Shown here in pieces: positions 28,354-37,641 of a stretch of DNA of 64,000 bases. Numbering within the stretch: position 1 is the first letter of the stretch; each line of letters opens with the position of its first letter. Location: the NCBI GenBank assembly GCA_045638945.1, contig JAZUCF010000002.1, forward strand, positions 84 to 64,083. Reading direction: 5' to 3'. The position numbers were made by a program, and so were the translations under genes. The notes beneath the pieces were generated by a model. The model was not told the origin of the DNA, searched no databases, and worked only from the letters and a program-made list of their open reading frames with translations. This DNA is from Clostridia bacterium (lineage in GTDB: Bacteria > Bacillota > Clostridia > UMGS1883).

Positions 28354-30231
28354 ATGAAAAAGTATGTAAATATTATTGCAATTATGATAGTTATTTGCAT
28401 GGCGTTTGCCCTGCCTGTATCGGCAGAGACTGTCATCATGAGAGGTTACACGGATTCTTCCGCAAATGGAGTATCTATATTAATTACCAAAACTTCTGAA
28501 ATTACCTCGGATAACATTGTGTGGGTTGACCAGCAGAGCGTAAATGCAGACGGAAGCTTTGTAATTTCAGTACCGCTGTTTACCCAGGAGGGGTATACAG
28601 TTCATTCCAATGCACTGGAATTTACCGACGAAATTTCCGACAGTTTAACTATGTACGTCTCCGAAGCAGGCACAGGACACGGCTTTGATGCACAAAATCC
28701 TTCAAACCTTCAAAAGGTATATGCTATGCTTGGTTCATTGGAATCTGTTACCATAATCCTTACCGGAGATGTTACATATTCTGATGCTCCCAAGGCATAC
28801 AGCGAAAAGCTTACTATTAAAGGGCAAAATGGTACGGAAATTCTTACACTTCCTGAGGCTGTAACTCTTAACGGAAAACTTACTGTTGATAATCTCACTC
28901 TTTCAGGAAGCAGTACTATTTATGCCTCTGGACATGAGCTTGTGATAACAGATAAGGTTACATCAACAAGCAATCTTACCGTCTACGGCGGTAATAACGG
29001 CAGTGACCTTACGGGTGATACCTCCCTTAAACTCTACGGGGGAAGTTATAAAAACATCTACGGCGGATGCTATAAAGATGTGGTGAATGGAAATACTAAC
29101 GTTATAGTAGGTGGCAATGCAACTGCATTGCGTTCTACTGAGGATGATTCATATCAGTGTGTGTATGGTGGCGGCAATGGCGGCACAGTTACAGGGAAGA
29201 CAAATGTTACTTTAGAGGGAAATGCTAAGGTGGATTATCTTGTAGGTGCAGGAACAGGTACGGCAGGCACCGTAACCGAAACCAACATAAACATTGCCGG
29301 TGGTGAAGTAATGAACGTGTATGCAGGGTCAAGAAGTGTTGCCCTCACAAACTGCAACACGCATATTAATATGACAGGCGGTAAGGTGGAAGCACTTTTT
29401 GGAGGGTGCGAGTCTAAGACAATGACGGGAAATACATACATCAGCGTAAAAGGCGGCGAGGTAACAAGGCGTATTTACGGCGGATGCTATAATGGAACCT
29501 CAGGAACTTTTTCTCTGACATGGAAAGATACAGACAACCATGTAATAGGTACTACAAATATTTTCCTTTATCCCGAAGCAAAGCTTGTGACAGGGAGCGG
29601 ACTTTCTCTTGAAGATAGAGCGAATATGGGAATTTTCGGAGGAAGCAGAAGACAAATAAGCAAGGGTTCATCTACAGATGAGATTGATACAATTTTCTTT
29701 ATGGACGGGTGTTACTCATCCTTCAATTCTAAAATAAAAGACACGGGAATTATACACAGTGATAAGTTCAAAAGTTTCCATGACTACATGGTAAACTCCG
29801 CAGCAGGCGGCAGTGTAGTGCCCGATGCGGCAGGCAGTGTAACTGTTTCGCTTCCTCAGGGAAAGAGTGCTTGGTCGGGAGAAAAGAGATATTTTGACGG
29901 ACAGAAAATTCAGCTTGCAAAAGATGGCGTAACAACCATTACATACGACGGAATCACCTCTGCTTCGGCTACGGAAAACACGACAGGCGTTAATACCAAC
30001 GTAGAAATGCTCGGCAGCACAACAGGAAAGCTTTTAGCAGCAATATATGATGGAGACAATAATTTCATTACCTGCTCCTTTGCAAGCGTTAATGCAACGA
30101 CTAAATCATATGATATACCCCTTACCTGCAAGCTTGATTCAGACAAGGATTATAACATCAGATTCTTCTTCTGGGATAGTAACGAAAAGCTTGTTCCCGT
30201 AACCACGGTTTACTCACTTAAATTAAGATAA
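28354..30231 (+). CDS. secreted repeat protein (beta-helix-like G-x-TNV...GG...YGG repeats)
   Basis: Start trimmed to MKKYVNIIAIM with signal peptide ...ALPVSA. About 7 repeats, e.g. GDTSLKLYGGSYKNIYGG, GKTNVTLEGNAKVDYLVG and GNTYISVKGGEVTRRIYGG. No catalytic motif recognised. Confidence 0.5.
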   Translation: MKKYVNIIAIMIVICMAFALPVSAETVIMRGYTDSSANGVSILITKTSEITSDNIVWVDQQSVNADGSFVISVPLFTQEGYTVHSNALEFTDEISDSLTMYVSEAGTGHGFDAQNPSNLQKVYAMLGSLESVTIILTGDVTYSDAPKAYSEKLTIKGQNGTEILTLPEAVTLNGKLTVDNLTLSGSSTIYASGHELVITDKVTSTSNLTVYGGNNGSDLTGDTSLKLYGGSYKNIYGGCYKDVVNGNTNVIVGGNATALRSTEDDSYQCVYGGGNGGTVTGKTNVTLEGNAKVDYLVGAGTGTAGTVTETNINIAGGEVMNVYAGSRSVALTNCNTHINMTGGKVEALFGGCESKTMTGNTYISVKGGEVTRRIYGGCYNGTSGTFSLTWKDTDNHVIGTTNIFLYPEAKLVTGSGLSLEDRANMGIFGGSRRQISKGSSTDEIDTIFFMDGCYSSFNSKIKDTGIIHSDKFKSFHDYMVNSAAGGSVVPDAAGSVTVSLPQGKSAWSGEKRYFDGQKIQLAKDGVTTITYDGITSASATENTTGVNTNVEMLGSTTGKLLAAIYDGDNNFITCSFASVNATTKSYDIPLTCKLDSDKDYNIRFFFWDSNEKLVPVTTVYSLKLR

Positions 30232-30242
30232 TGGAAAAATAC

Positions 30243-30275
30243 AAAAACGGCTTTTTGAGCCGTTTTTGTATTTTT
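30243..30275 (+). terminator. intrinsic terminator
   Basis: AAAAACGGC-TTTTTGA-GCCGTTTTT followed by a T-rich tract. Confidence 0.75.
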
Positions 30276-30366
30276 ATTTATAAATTGGAAATCCTTTTTT
30301 CATAATAAAATATATTTACTTTTTTCCGAATATGTGTTACAATTCCATAGGAGGTGGAATACAGAT

Positions 30367-31521
30367 ATGAACATAACAAACGACGTAAAATATGTGGGCG
30401 TAAACGACCACGATATAGATCTTTTTGAAGGGCAATATATCGTTCCCGACGGAATGAGCTATAATTCATATGCGATTATAGATGAAAAAATTGCAATAAT
30501 GGATTCGGTAGATGCAAGATTTACCGATGAATGGATTGAAAATATAAAAAATACACTTTCGGGCAGACAGCCCGACTATCTTATAGTTCAGCATATGGAG
30601 CCTGACCACAGTGCAAATATTGAAAGCTTCGCAAAGGAATTTCCCGAAGCGAAAATTGTATCATCAGCAAAGGGCTTTAATATGATGCGTGGCTTTTTCG
30701 GAACAGACTTTAAGGAAAAGCAGGTAGTTGTGGGTGAGGGGGACACCCTTTCACTTGGTAAGCATACCCTTACATTTGTTACAGCCCCCATGGTTCACTG
30801 GCCCGAGGTAATAGTGACCTATGATTCCTATGACAAAATACTTTTTTCTGCCGACGGATTCGGAAAATTCGGTGCTCTGGACGTAGAACAGGATTGGGCA
30901 TGTGAGGCACGCAGATACTACATCGGAATCGTAGGAAAGTACGGAGCGCAGGTACAGGCACTTCTTAAAAAGGCGGCAAATCTGGATATAAAAATAATCT
31001 GCCCGCTTCACGGTCCCGTTTTAAGCGAAAATCTTGAATACTATATTAATCTTTATGATATCTGGTCAAGCTACGGCGTTGAATCAGAAGGCGTGGTGAT
31101 TGCATATACTTCAGTATACGGGAATACTAAAAAGGCAGTTCTTATGCTGGAGGAGGAGCTTAAGAAAAACGGCTGCCCCAAGGTAGTTGTAAACGACCTT
31201 GCACGCTGTGACATGGCAGAGGCTGTGGAGGACGCTTTCCGATACGGAAAAATTGTTCTTGCGACAACAACGTATAATGCGGAAATTTTCCCCTTTATGC
31301 GTGAGTTTATAAATCATCTTACTGAGCGTAATTTCCAAAACAGAACGGTGGCATTCATCGAAAACGGAAGCTGGGCGCCCACTGCGGCGAAGGTAATGAA
31401 AGCAATGCTTGAAAAGGGCAAGAATCTCAAATTCACCGATACCACGGTAAAGATTATATCAGCCCTCAATGAGGAAAGCACATCTGAGCTTAAGGCACTT
31501 GCCAAAGAGCTGTGTGAATAA
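30367..31521 (+). CDS. flavodiiron protein (FprA family: metallo-beta-lactamase-like plus flavodoxin domains)
   Basis: Diiron motif HMEPDHS and a C-terminal flavodoxin-like domain (VIAYTSVYGNTKK). Start trimmed to MNITNDVKYVG with AGGAGG upstream. Confidence 0.85.
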   Translation: MNITNDVKYVGVNDHDIDLFEGQYIVPDGMSYNSYAIIDEKIAIMDSVDARFTDEWIENIKNTLSGRQPDYLIVQHMEPDHSANIESFAKEFPEAKIVSSAKGFNMMRGFFGTDFKEKQVVVGEGDTLSLGKHTLTFVTAPMVHWPEVIVTYDSYDKILFSADGFGKFGALDVEQDWACEARRYYIGIVGKYGAQVQALLKKAANLDIKIICPLHGPVLSENLEYYINLYDIWSSYGVESEGVVIAYTSVYGNTKKAVLMLEEELKKNGCPKVVVNDLARCDMAEAVEDAFRYGKIVLATTTYNAEIFPFMREFINHLTERNFQNRTVAFIENGSWAPTAAKVMKAMLEKGKNLKFTDTTVKIISALNEESTSELKALAKELCE

Positions 31522-31545
31522 AAATTTTTTTGGAGGTAAATTATT

Positions 31546-31704
31546 ATGAAAAAGTATGTATGTGAAGTTTGCGAATGGGTTTATGACGAGGAAGCAGGAG
31601 TTCCCGAGCAGGGAATCGCTCCCGGAACAAAGTTTGAGGATCTTCCCGATGATTTTGTATGTCCCCTTTGCGGCGTAGGTAAGGAATCATTTTCGGAAGA
31701 ATAA
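31546..31704 (+). CDS. rubredoxin (52 aa)
   Basis: Hand translation gives [52 protein letters not shown], with two CxxC pairs. GGAGG lies upstream. Too short for the ORF track. Confidence 0.9.
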   Translation: MKKYVCEVCEWVYDEEAGVPEQGIAPGTKFEDLPDDFVCPLCGVGKESFSEE

Positions 31705-31717
31705 CTAAAAGCTACGT

Positions 31718-31754
31718 AAAAGGCGGCTCAACCGATTGCGGTGTGCCGCCTTTT
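31718..31754 (+). terminator. intrinsic terminator
   Basis: AAAAGGCGGC...GCCGCCTTTT hairpin. Confidence 0.7.
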
Positions 31755-31761
31755 ACAGTAC

Positions 31762-31790
31762 TTGACAAAACCATATAAAAAGAGTATATT
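31762..31790 (+). promoter_or_regulatory. sigma-70-type promoter of ktrBA
   Basis: TTGACA, 17 nt spacer, TATATT. Confidence 0.55.
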
Positions 31791-31828
31791 TTAATAAAAG
31801 AAAATCAGCATGAAACAGAGGTGAGAGC

Positions 31829-33190
31829 GTGGCGAAAAAACGCTTTTTAAAACTGACTACAACACAGCTTATATTACTTAGCTTTCTTTTGGCAATTCTC
31901 ATAGGTAGCGTGCTTCTTGCCCTTCCCATAAGCTCTGCAAACGGGCAGGCAGTAAGTTATACAGACGCTCTTTTTACATCAACAACATCGGTCTGTGTAA
32001 CGGGGCTTGTTACACTCCCCACAGTTACAACATGGAGTGCTTTCGGGCAGACTGTAATTCTGGGCTTAATTCAGATTGGCGGTCTGGGAATTATCACCAT
32101 TATGTCCATGCTGATGATTCTTCTGCAAAAGAAAATGGGACTTTCGGACAGAATTCTCTTGCAGGATGCATTTAATCTTAATTCCATATCAGGTGTAGTA
32201 AAGTTTGTGAAAAAGGTCATAAAAGGTACATTTATCGTAGAGGGCATCGGTGCACTTCTTTATATGATTGTTTTTGTACCGGATTTCGGACTTAAAGGGA
32301 TATGGATATCCGTATTTAACAGCGTATCCGCATTTTGTAACGCCGGTATAGACATAATTTCGGAAAACAGCCTGTGTGATTATGCCACGCATCCTGTGGT
32401 TAATTTTGTAACCTGTACGCTTATTATTTTGGGCGGTATTGGGTTTATTGTGTGGTGGGATGTGCTGGACTGTTTAAAAAAATTTAAAAAACAAAAATTT
32501 AAATGCCTGAAAATGCTTACTCTCCACAGCAAAATAGCGCTTTTTATGACGGCATTTCTGCTTGTATCGGGTGCTGTATTCTTCTTTGTTTTGGAATACA
32601 ACAACCCTCTTACAATGGGCAGTTATTCAATCTTTGACAAAATTCAGCTCTCCGCCTTTCAATCTGTGACTACAAGAACGGCAGGCTTTGCCACTATTCC
32701 CCAACAAAATCTTACTGATGCATCATCGCTTGTATCACTTCTGCTGATGTTTATCGGCGGGAGTCCAGTAGGTACTGCCGGCGGAATTAAAACAGTAACC
32801 ATTGCTGTGCTTCTGGCAACTGCACGCAGTGCAGTAAAAAATAAAAACGAGATAAATATTTTCGGAAGAACTCTTTCAAAACAGGTTGTGGGAAAGTCTG
32901 TGGGAGTGGTGTGTATGTCCTTTGTAACGGTATTTGTTTCAACACTTTTGCTTTCGGCTGTGTCGGATTTTGCACTGCCCGACGTTATGTATGAATCTGT
33001 AAGTGCAACAGCTACCGTAGGACTTTCCAGAAACTTAACTCCCATGCTTGATTTTTGGGGTAAAATTATTATTATTGTTACCATGTATTTCGGAAGAGTG
33101 GGCCCCATATCCTTTGCGGTTTTATTCGGGCTAAAAAGAAAAAATGAGAACATCATTAAAAATCCCACTGAAGATGTAAGTGTAGGATAG
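31829..33190 (+). CDS. ktrB: TrkH/KtrB-family potassium transporter membrane subunit
   Basis: 453-aa polytopic protein with repeated pore-loop GxG motifs (QIGGLGI, GGIGF, GGSPVGTAGGIK). GTG start with an AGAGGTGAG RBS. Confidence 0.8.
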   Translation: MAKKRFLKLTTTQLILLSFLLAILIGSVLLALPISSANGQAVSYTDALFTSTTSVCVTGLVTLPTVTTWSAFGQTVILGLIQIGGLGIITIMSMLMILLQKKMGLSDRILLQDAFNLNSISGVVKFVKKVIKGTFIVEGIGALLYMIVFVPDFGLKGIWISVFNSVSAFCNAGIDIISENSLCDYATHPVVNFVTCTLIILGGIGFIVWWDVLDCLKKFKKQKFKCLKMLTLHSKIALFMTAFLLVSGAVFFFVLEYNNPLTMGSYSIFDKIQLSAFQSVTTRTAGFATIPQQNLTDASSLVSLLLMFIGGSPVGTAGGIKTVTIAVLLATARSAVKNKNEINIFGRTLSKQVVGKSVGVVCMSFVTVFVSTLLLSAVSDFALPDVMYESVSATATVGLSRNLTPMLDFWGKIIIIVTMYFGRVGPISFAVLFGLKRKNENIIKNPTEDVSVG

Positions 33191-33201
33191 GAGAATTATT
33201 T

Positions 33202-33852
33202 ATGAGTATTAATAAATCATATGCAGTATTTGGTCTTGGAAGATACGGCAGAGCTGTTGCTTCTGAGCTTGTGCGAAACGGTGCAGAGGTACTTGCCGTT
33301 GACAGCCGTGAAAGTGTGGTAAATAACGCCATAGAAGATATTCCGATTTGCAAATGTGCAGATGTCACCGATGCAAGCGTTATAAAGCAGCTTGGCATTT
33401 CCAACTTTGATGTAGTAATTATAGCAATGGCGAGCTGCCTTGAAGCAAGTGTTATGGCTACCACTCTTTGTAAAGAGGCAGGCGTGGAAATCGTTATTGC
33501 AAAATGCTCCTCGGAAATGCATCGAAAGGTGCTTTTGCGTGTGGGTGCGGATAAGGTTGTGCTTCCTGAAAGCGAATCGGGAACAAGGCTTGCAAAAAAT
33601 CTCTTAAGCAGCGGCTTTGTAGATGTTATTGAACTGTCGAAAAATGTTTCCATGGTAGAGCTTGAGGTTTTACCCGCTTGGGAGGGAAAGAGCCTTATTG
33701 AGCTTAATCTCCGCAGAAAATATTCGATTAACGTTGTGGCAATAAAGCAGGGGGATGATGTGAACGTGTCCATAGATCCCACGAAGCCTCTTGACAGGTC
33801 AATGACACTTATCGTTATTGCCGATACCTCTAAGCTTGATAAAATTAAATAA
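33202..33852 (+). CDS. ktrA: TrkA/KtrA-family potassium uptake regulatory subunit (RCK_N/RCK_C)
   Basis: FGLGRYGRAVA Rossmann motif and a C-terminal RCK_C domain. 216 aa. Confidence 0.8.
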   Translation: MSINKSYAVFGLGRYGRAVASELVRNGAEVLAVDSRESVVNNAIEDIPICKCADVTDASVIKQLGISNFDVVIIAMASCLEASVMATTLCKEAGVEIVIAKCSSEMHRKVLLRVGADKVVLPESESGTRLAKNLLSSGFVDVIELSKNVSMVELEVLPAWEGKSLIELNLRRKYSINVVAIKQGDDVNVSIDPTKPLDRSMTLIVIADTSKLDKIK

Positions 33853-33938
33853 TGATTAAAAATTATTCTTGACAAAACATTTCCTATTAACTATTATAAT
33901 ATGGGTTAATAAATTATTTAAAGAAAGAAGTAATTTTT

Positions 33939-35237
33939 ATGAGTACATTATTGTCAGTTTCAATTGCACTTTTAGCAGGTCTTATGATGACAAGGGCATT
34001 CAAGCCCCTTAAGCTTCCGTCTGTTACGGCGTATCTTATCGCAGGTGTGCTGATAGGTCCTTACTGCATGGGTATGCTTGGCGTTGAGGGCCTCGGATTT
34101 AATACTATGGAGTCCGTTCATGCACTTTCGCTGATTTCGCAGGTAGCGCTTGGATTCATTGCTTTTTCAATAGGAAATGAATTCCGTATGGAGGATATCA
34201 AGCATATTGGCAAGCAGGCTTTTGTTATAGGAATTTTTCAGGCACTTGTGGCTACCCTTTTCGTAGATCTGGCACTTTTTGCAGTACATAAAATGATGCC
34301 CGACGTGCTTTCTGTTTCACAGGCGATTACACTGGGTGCTATAGCAACGGCTACTGCCCCTGCGGCAACGCTTATGGTTGTACGCCAGTACAAGGCAAAG
34401 GGAAAGCTTACAGATTTGCTTCTTCCCATTGTTGCACTTGATGATGCTGTCGGACTTATAGTATTTGCAGTGTCTTTCGGTATTGCCAAAACTCTCACCA
34501 CCGGTAGTGTAGATATGATTTCAATTATTGTAAATCCTTTGGCTGAAATTGTATGTTCGCTTATACTGGGTGCGGTTATGGGATGGATTCTTACTCAGCT
34601 TGAAAAAATGTTTAACTCCAATACCAACCGTCTTAATATGACGATTACCTTCGTGCTTCTTACAGTGGCTCTTTCTATGATAAAGTTTGAAATAGGCTCT
34701 GTTCATGTGGGTTTTTCCTCACTTCTTGTATGTATGATGCTGGGAACGGTATTTTGTAACACATGTCCGCTTTCTCATGACCTCATGGAAAAAGCAGACA
34801 GATGGACATCACCGCTTTTTGCACTTTTCTTTGTAATCAGCGGTGCTGAGCTGGAGCTTGGCGTATTTGCTCAGGGAGCAATAGTAGTTATCGGTGTGGT
34901 TTATATTCTTTTCCGCTCCCTGGGTAAATATATAGGAACATTTATCAGTGCTAAAATGACTAAGTGTTCTCCCGAAATTTGTAAGTATTTAGGTATTACC
35001 CTTTTGCCTCAGGCAGGTGTTGCATTGGGAATGTGTACAATTGCGTCAGCAGAATTTGGTGAAGCCGGCGTGCTTATCCGTAATATCACGCTTTTTGCAG
35101 TGCTTATCTATGAACTGTTCGGACCGGTGCTTACACGCATGGCTCTTCAGGCGGCAGGCGATATCAAGCCTATGAGCGACGAAGTTAAAATGCGCCGTCA
35201 TATTAAGCTTGCGGAAGCAAAACAAAGACAAAAGTAA
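33939..35237 (+). CDS. cation:proton antiporter (CPA family)
   Basis: 432-aa, ~12-TM protein. The N-terminus (LPSVTAYLIAGVLIGPY) is typical of Na+/H+ exchanger family proteins. Confidence 0.75.
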   Translation: MSTLLSVSIALLAGLMMTRAFKPLKLPSVTAYLIAGVLIGPYCMGMLGVEGLGFNTMESVHALSLISQVALGFIAFSIGNEFRMEDIKHIGKQAFVIGIFQALVATLFVDLALFAVHKMMPDVLSVSQAITLGAIATATAPAATLMVVRQYKAKGKLTDLLLPIVALDDAVGLIVFAVSFGIAKTLTTGSVDMISIIVNPLAEIVCSLILGAVMGWILTQLEKMFNSNTNRLNMTITFVLLTVALSMIKFEIGSVHVGFSSLLVCMMLGTVFCNTCPLSHDLMEKADRWTSPLFALFFVISGAELELGVFAQGAIVVIGVVYILFRSLGKYIGTFISAKMTKCSPEICKYLGITLLPQAGVALGMCTIASAEFGEAGVLIRNITLFAVLIYELFGPVLTRMALQAAGDIKPMSDEVKMRRHIKLAEAKQRQK

Positions 35238-35242
35238 AATTT

Positions 35243-35284
35243 GAGGATGTGAAAAAGTTTCTGACTTTTTCACATCCTCTTTTT
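35243..35284 (+). terminator. intrinsic terminator
   Basis: GAGGATGTGAAAAAG-TTTCTGA-CTTTTTCACATCCTC followed by TTTTT. Confidence 0.85.
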
Positions 35285-35341
35285 ATGTGCATAAATTTTA
35301 TCTCATGGAAAATAATATCAGTAGAAAGTGAGGTAAATTTT

Positions 35342-36010
35342 ATGTTCAAACACGAAAAAATGTTGTTTCATCCCGTGGAAATTGAAAAACCCAATCCACA
35401 GTATGCGGCACTGCTTCATGAACAGCTCGGCGGAGGAAACGGCGAACTGAAGGCAGCAATGCAGTATATGTCCCAAAGCTTCCGAATCAAAGACCCCGAA
35501 ATCAAGGATTTATTTTTGGATATAGCGGCAGAAGAGCTTAGCCACCTTGAAATGATTTCACAGACTATTAATCTCCTGAACGGTCACGACCTTAATTATG
35601 AAGGCGTACCGGCAGGGGAGGTTCAAACACATGTGCAGCTTGGGTTAAATCCCGGCCTTATCAATGCTTCCGGTTATTCATGGACTGCTGACTATGTAAC
35701 AGTCACGGGGGATTTGTGTGCCGACCTTCTTTCAAATATTGCCTCTGAGCAGCGTGCAAAAGTGGTTTATGAGTATTTGTACAGACAGATTAATGACAAA
35801 AAAGTCCGTGAAACAATTAATTTCCTCTTAGAGCGTGAGGAAGCTCATAATGCTATGTTCCGAGAAGCCTTTAACAAGGTGCAAAACAGCGGAAGTAACC
35901 GCGACTACGGCACTACAAAGGCAGCAAAAATGTATTTCAGTATGTCCGAGCCATCACCTGCGGATAACCCCTTTGCAAAAACGGACGTGAAGGTACCTTC
36001 TTTTAACTGA
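35342..36010 (+). CDS. manganese catalase family protein (CotJC-like)
   Basis: GELKAAMQYMSQSF...AAEELSHLEM dimetal-binding helices. Start trimmed to MFKHEKM, which lies downstream of the terminator. Confidence 0.8.
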   Translation: MFKHEKMLFHPVEIEKPNPQYAALLHEQLGGGNGELKAAMQYMSQSFRIKDPEIKDLFLDIAAEELSHLEMISQTINLLNGHDLNYEGVPAGEVQTHVQLGLNPGLINASGYSWTADYVTVTGDLCADLLSNIASEQRAKVVYEYLYRQINDKKVRETINFLLEREEAHNAMFREAFNKVQNSGSNRDYGTTKAAKMYFSMSEPSPADNPFAKTDVKVPSFN

Positions 36011-36075
36011 TGAAGGAAAAGAAAAAGACTTGACATTTTCCCAAAAATAAGAGAAGATTAAGATGGTGATGAATT

Positions 36076-37005
36076 ATGATACTGACAATTACTCCTAACC
36101 CTACCATAGACAGGGTGTATTTTGTAGGTGAATTTAAAATGGGCGAAATTCACCGTCCTCGAAAAGTTGTCTGCTCTGCAGGAGGTAAGGGTCTTAACGT
36201 CGCACGTGTCTCTCATATCCTTAAAGAGGAAGTTCTTGCAATGGGCTTTGCAGGCGGATTTAACGGGGAATATATAAAAGCTGAAATTGAGAAGCTCGGA
36301 ATCACGACAGCATTTACACCAATAAGCGGTGAAACACGAATCTGTGTCAATATCTCGGATTCACATGGGAAATCGGGTGAGCTTCTGGAAAAGGGTCCAG
36401 AAATTAACAATGGGGAAGAAGAAACATTTTTCAATGAGTTTACAAAACGGATTTCACAGTACGATATAATTTGTATTTCGGGAAGCTTACCGCCCGGACT
36501 TGATGAAAGCTTTTATGCAAAGGTTATCCGCCTGTGCAAAGGAAATAAAAAGAAGGTTATTGCCGATGCAAGCGAGAAAGTTTTGGGAAAGATAATCAGT
36601 GAAAAGCCATTTATGATAAAACCCAACAGGTATGAGCTTTCTGTTCTTATGGGCAAGGAAATCAGTTCTCAGGATGATGTGAAGGACGCACTTCTTTTTA
36701 TGAAAGGTAAAGGGATTGAGCTTCCGCTGATTACTCTTGGCAAGGATGGGGCAATGGCATATATCGGTGAAAAGTTTTACAAATTTAATTCTCCACGCGT
36801 AATTGTGAAAAATGCAGTAGGCTCGGGGGACAGCTCTGTTGCGGGCATTGCGGTGGGGCTGAGTCGAGGAATGGATGTGATAGATGCAATCCGCCTCGGA
36901 ATGGCATCGGGTACGGCAAACACGCAGTTTGAAGAAACAGGCTTTGTTTCGTGCGAACTTGTGGAAAAATATTATAAAGAAATAACGGTAGAGACCCTTA
37001 TATAA
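36076..37005 (+). CDS. 1-phosphofructokinase-family hexose kinase (PfkB family)
   Basis: N-terminus TPNPTIDR, then GGKGLNVA, and C-terminal GSGDSSVAG. Confidence 0.8.
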   Translation: MILTITPNPTIDRVYFVGEFKMGEIHRPRKVVCSAGGKGLNVARVSHILKEEVLAMGFAGGFNGEYIKAEIEKLGITTAFTPISGETRICVNISDSHGKSGELLEKGPEINNGEEETFFNEFTKRISQYDIICISGSLPPGLDESFYAKVIRLCKGNKKKVIADASEKVLGKIISEKPFMIKPNRYELSVLMGKEISSQDDVKDALLFMKGKGIELPLITLGKDGAMAYIGEKFYKFNSPRVIVKNAVGSGDSSVAGIAVGLSRGMDVIDAIRLGMASGTANTQFEETGFVSCELVEKYYKEITVETLI

Positions 37006-37012
37006 CAAAAAA

Positions 37013-37050
37013 GAGGTGTAAAAAGTTTCAGACTTTTTACACCTCTTTTT
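37013..37050. terminator. bidirectional intrinsic terminator
   Basis: GAGGTGTAAAAAG-TTTCAGA-CTTTTTACACCTC flanked by A-run and T-run. It lies between convergent genes. Confidence 0.8.
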
Positions 37051-37056
37051 ACACTT

Positions 37057-37422
37057 TCACTTTTTGTCAGTCGATGTTTTCTGCTTGTTTTTCACAGTAG
37101 TTATTGAAGAAATTAATTTACGGCGTATAATGCCGCATTTTTTAGTAAGGGCATTATACGTAGCTTCGTCTAAGCTATTTGTTTTAAATAAAATTTCCAA
37201 CCAATACTCCGTTTCGTAACTTTCTTTCAAGGAAATTTCAAGTTTATTTATAAAATCTGCTTTACTCTGTGCGTATTTTGCCTCGCAAGAGTTTGCACCA
37301 ATAGAGGAAACAGAACGCAATAATTGGTTTGTAAAAACAGAACGCCCCCTAATATTATCGCAAACTGTCGTTGCTTCAACAGTTAGTTCAATTGCTAATT
37401 CCTTAATTGTCATATTGTTCAT
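37057..37422 (-). CDS. four-helix-bundle protein (23S rRNA intervening-sequence protein / Avd-like family)
   Basis: SIGANSCEA...FINKLEISLKESYETEYWLEIL signature. Start trimmed to MNNMTIKEL with AGGGGG upstream. Confidence 0.75.
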   Translation of the reverse strand: MNNMTIKELAIELTVEATTVCDNIRGRSVFTNQLLRSVSSIGANSCEAKYAQSKADFINKLEISLKESYETEYWLEILFKTNSLDEATYNALTKKCGIIRRKLISSITTVKNKQKTSTDKK

Positions 37423-37435
37423 GCTTATGACCCCC

Positions 37436-37616
37436 TGCGATATACTCGCTTCGCGAGTGCGATATATTTTGCCGGTGCACAATGCGATATATTCTCCCCG
37501 TGTTCGAATGCGATATGATATAAATTCCTTAACGTCCCGCAGGACATATCGCATTACAAAGTAATATATCGCGTCCGAAGGATATATCACAGATTCCGTA
37601 AGGAATTTATATCGCC
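37436..37616. repeat. array of eight TGCGATATAT-type units (4 direct, 4 inverted)
   Basis: Direct copies start at 37436, 37458, 37483 and 37509. Inverted copies (ATATCGCN) are at 37546-37553, 37566-37573, 37584-37590 (degenerate) and 37609-37616. Also AAATTCCTTAACG (37522-37534) is inverted against CGTAAGGAATTT (37597-37608). Confidence 0.8.
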
Positions 37617-37619
37617 GTT

Positions 37620-37641
37620 CATCGACTGATATCAGTCGATG
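37620..37641. repeat. perfect 22-bp palindrome CATCGACTGATATCAGTCGATG
   Basis: Read directly from the sequence. It spans the stop codon (37632-37634) of the aldose epimerase gene. Confidence 0.9.

Noticed and set aside
31755-31828. c-di-AMP (ydaO/kimA-type) riboswitch upstream of ktrBA
   Set aside because: The leader between the promoter and the GTG start is under 40 nt and AT-rich, too short and unstructured for that riboswitch.
37057-37422. Diversity-generating retroelement, because four-helix-bundle 23S-IVS/Avd-like proteins are DGR accessory factors
   Set aside because: There is no reverse transcriptase gene, no template/variable repeat pair and no C-type-lectin-like target gene within the window. 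The nearby repeats are short 9-11-mers, not a TR/VR pair.
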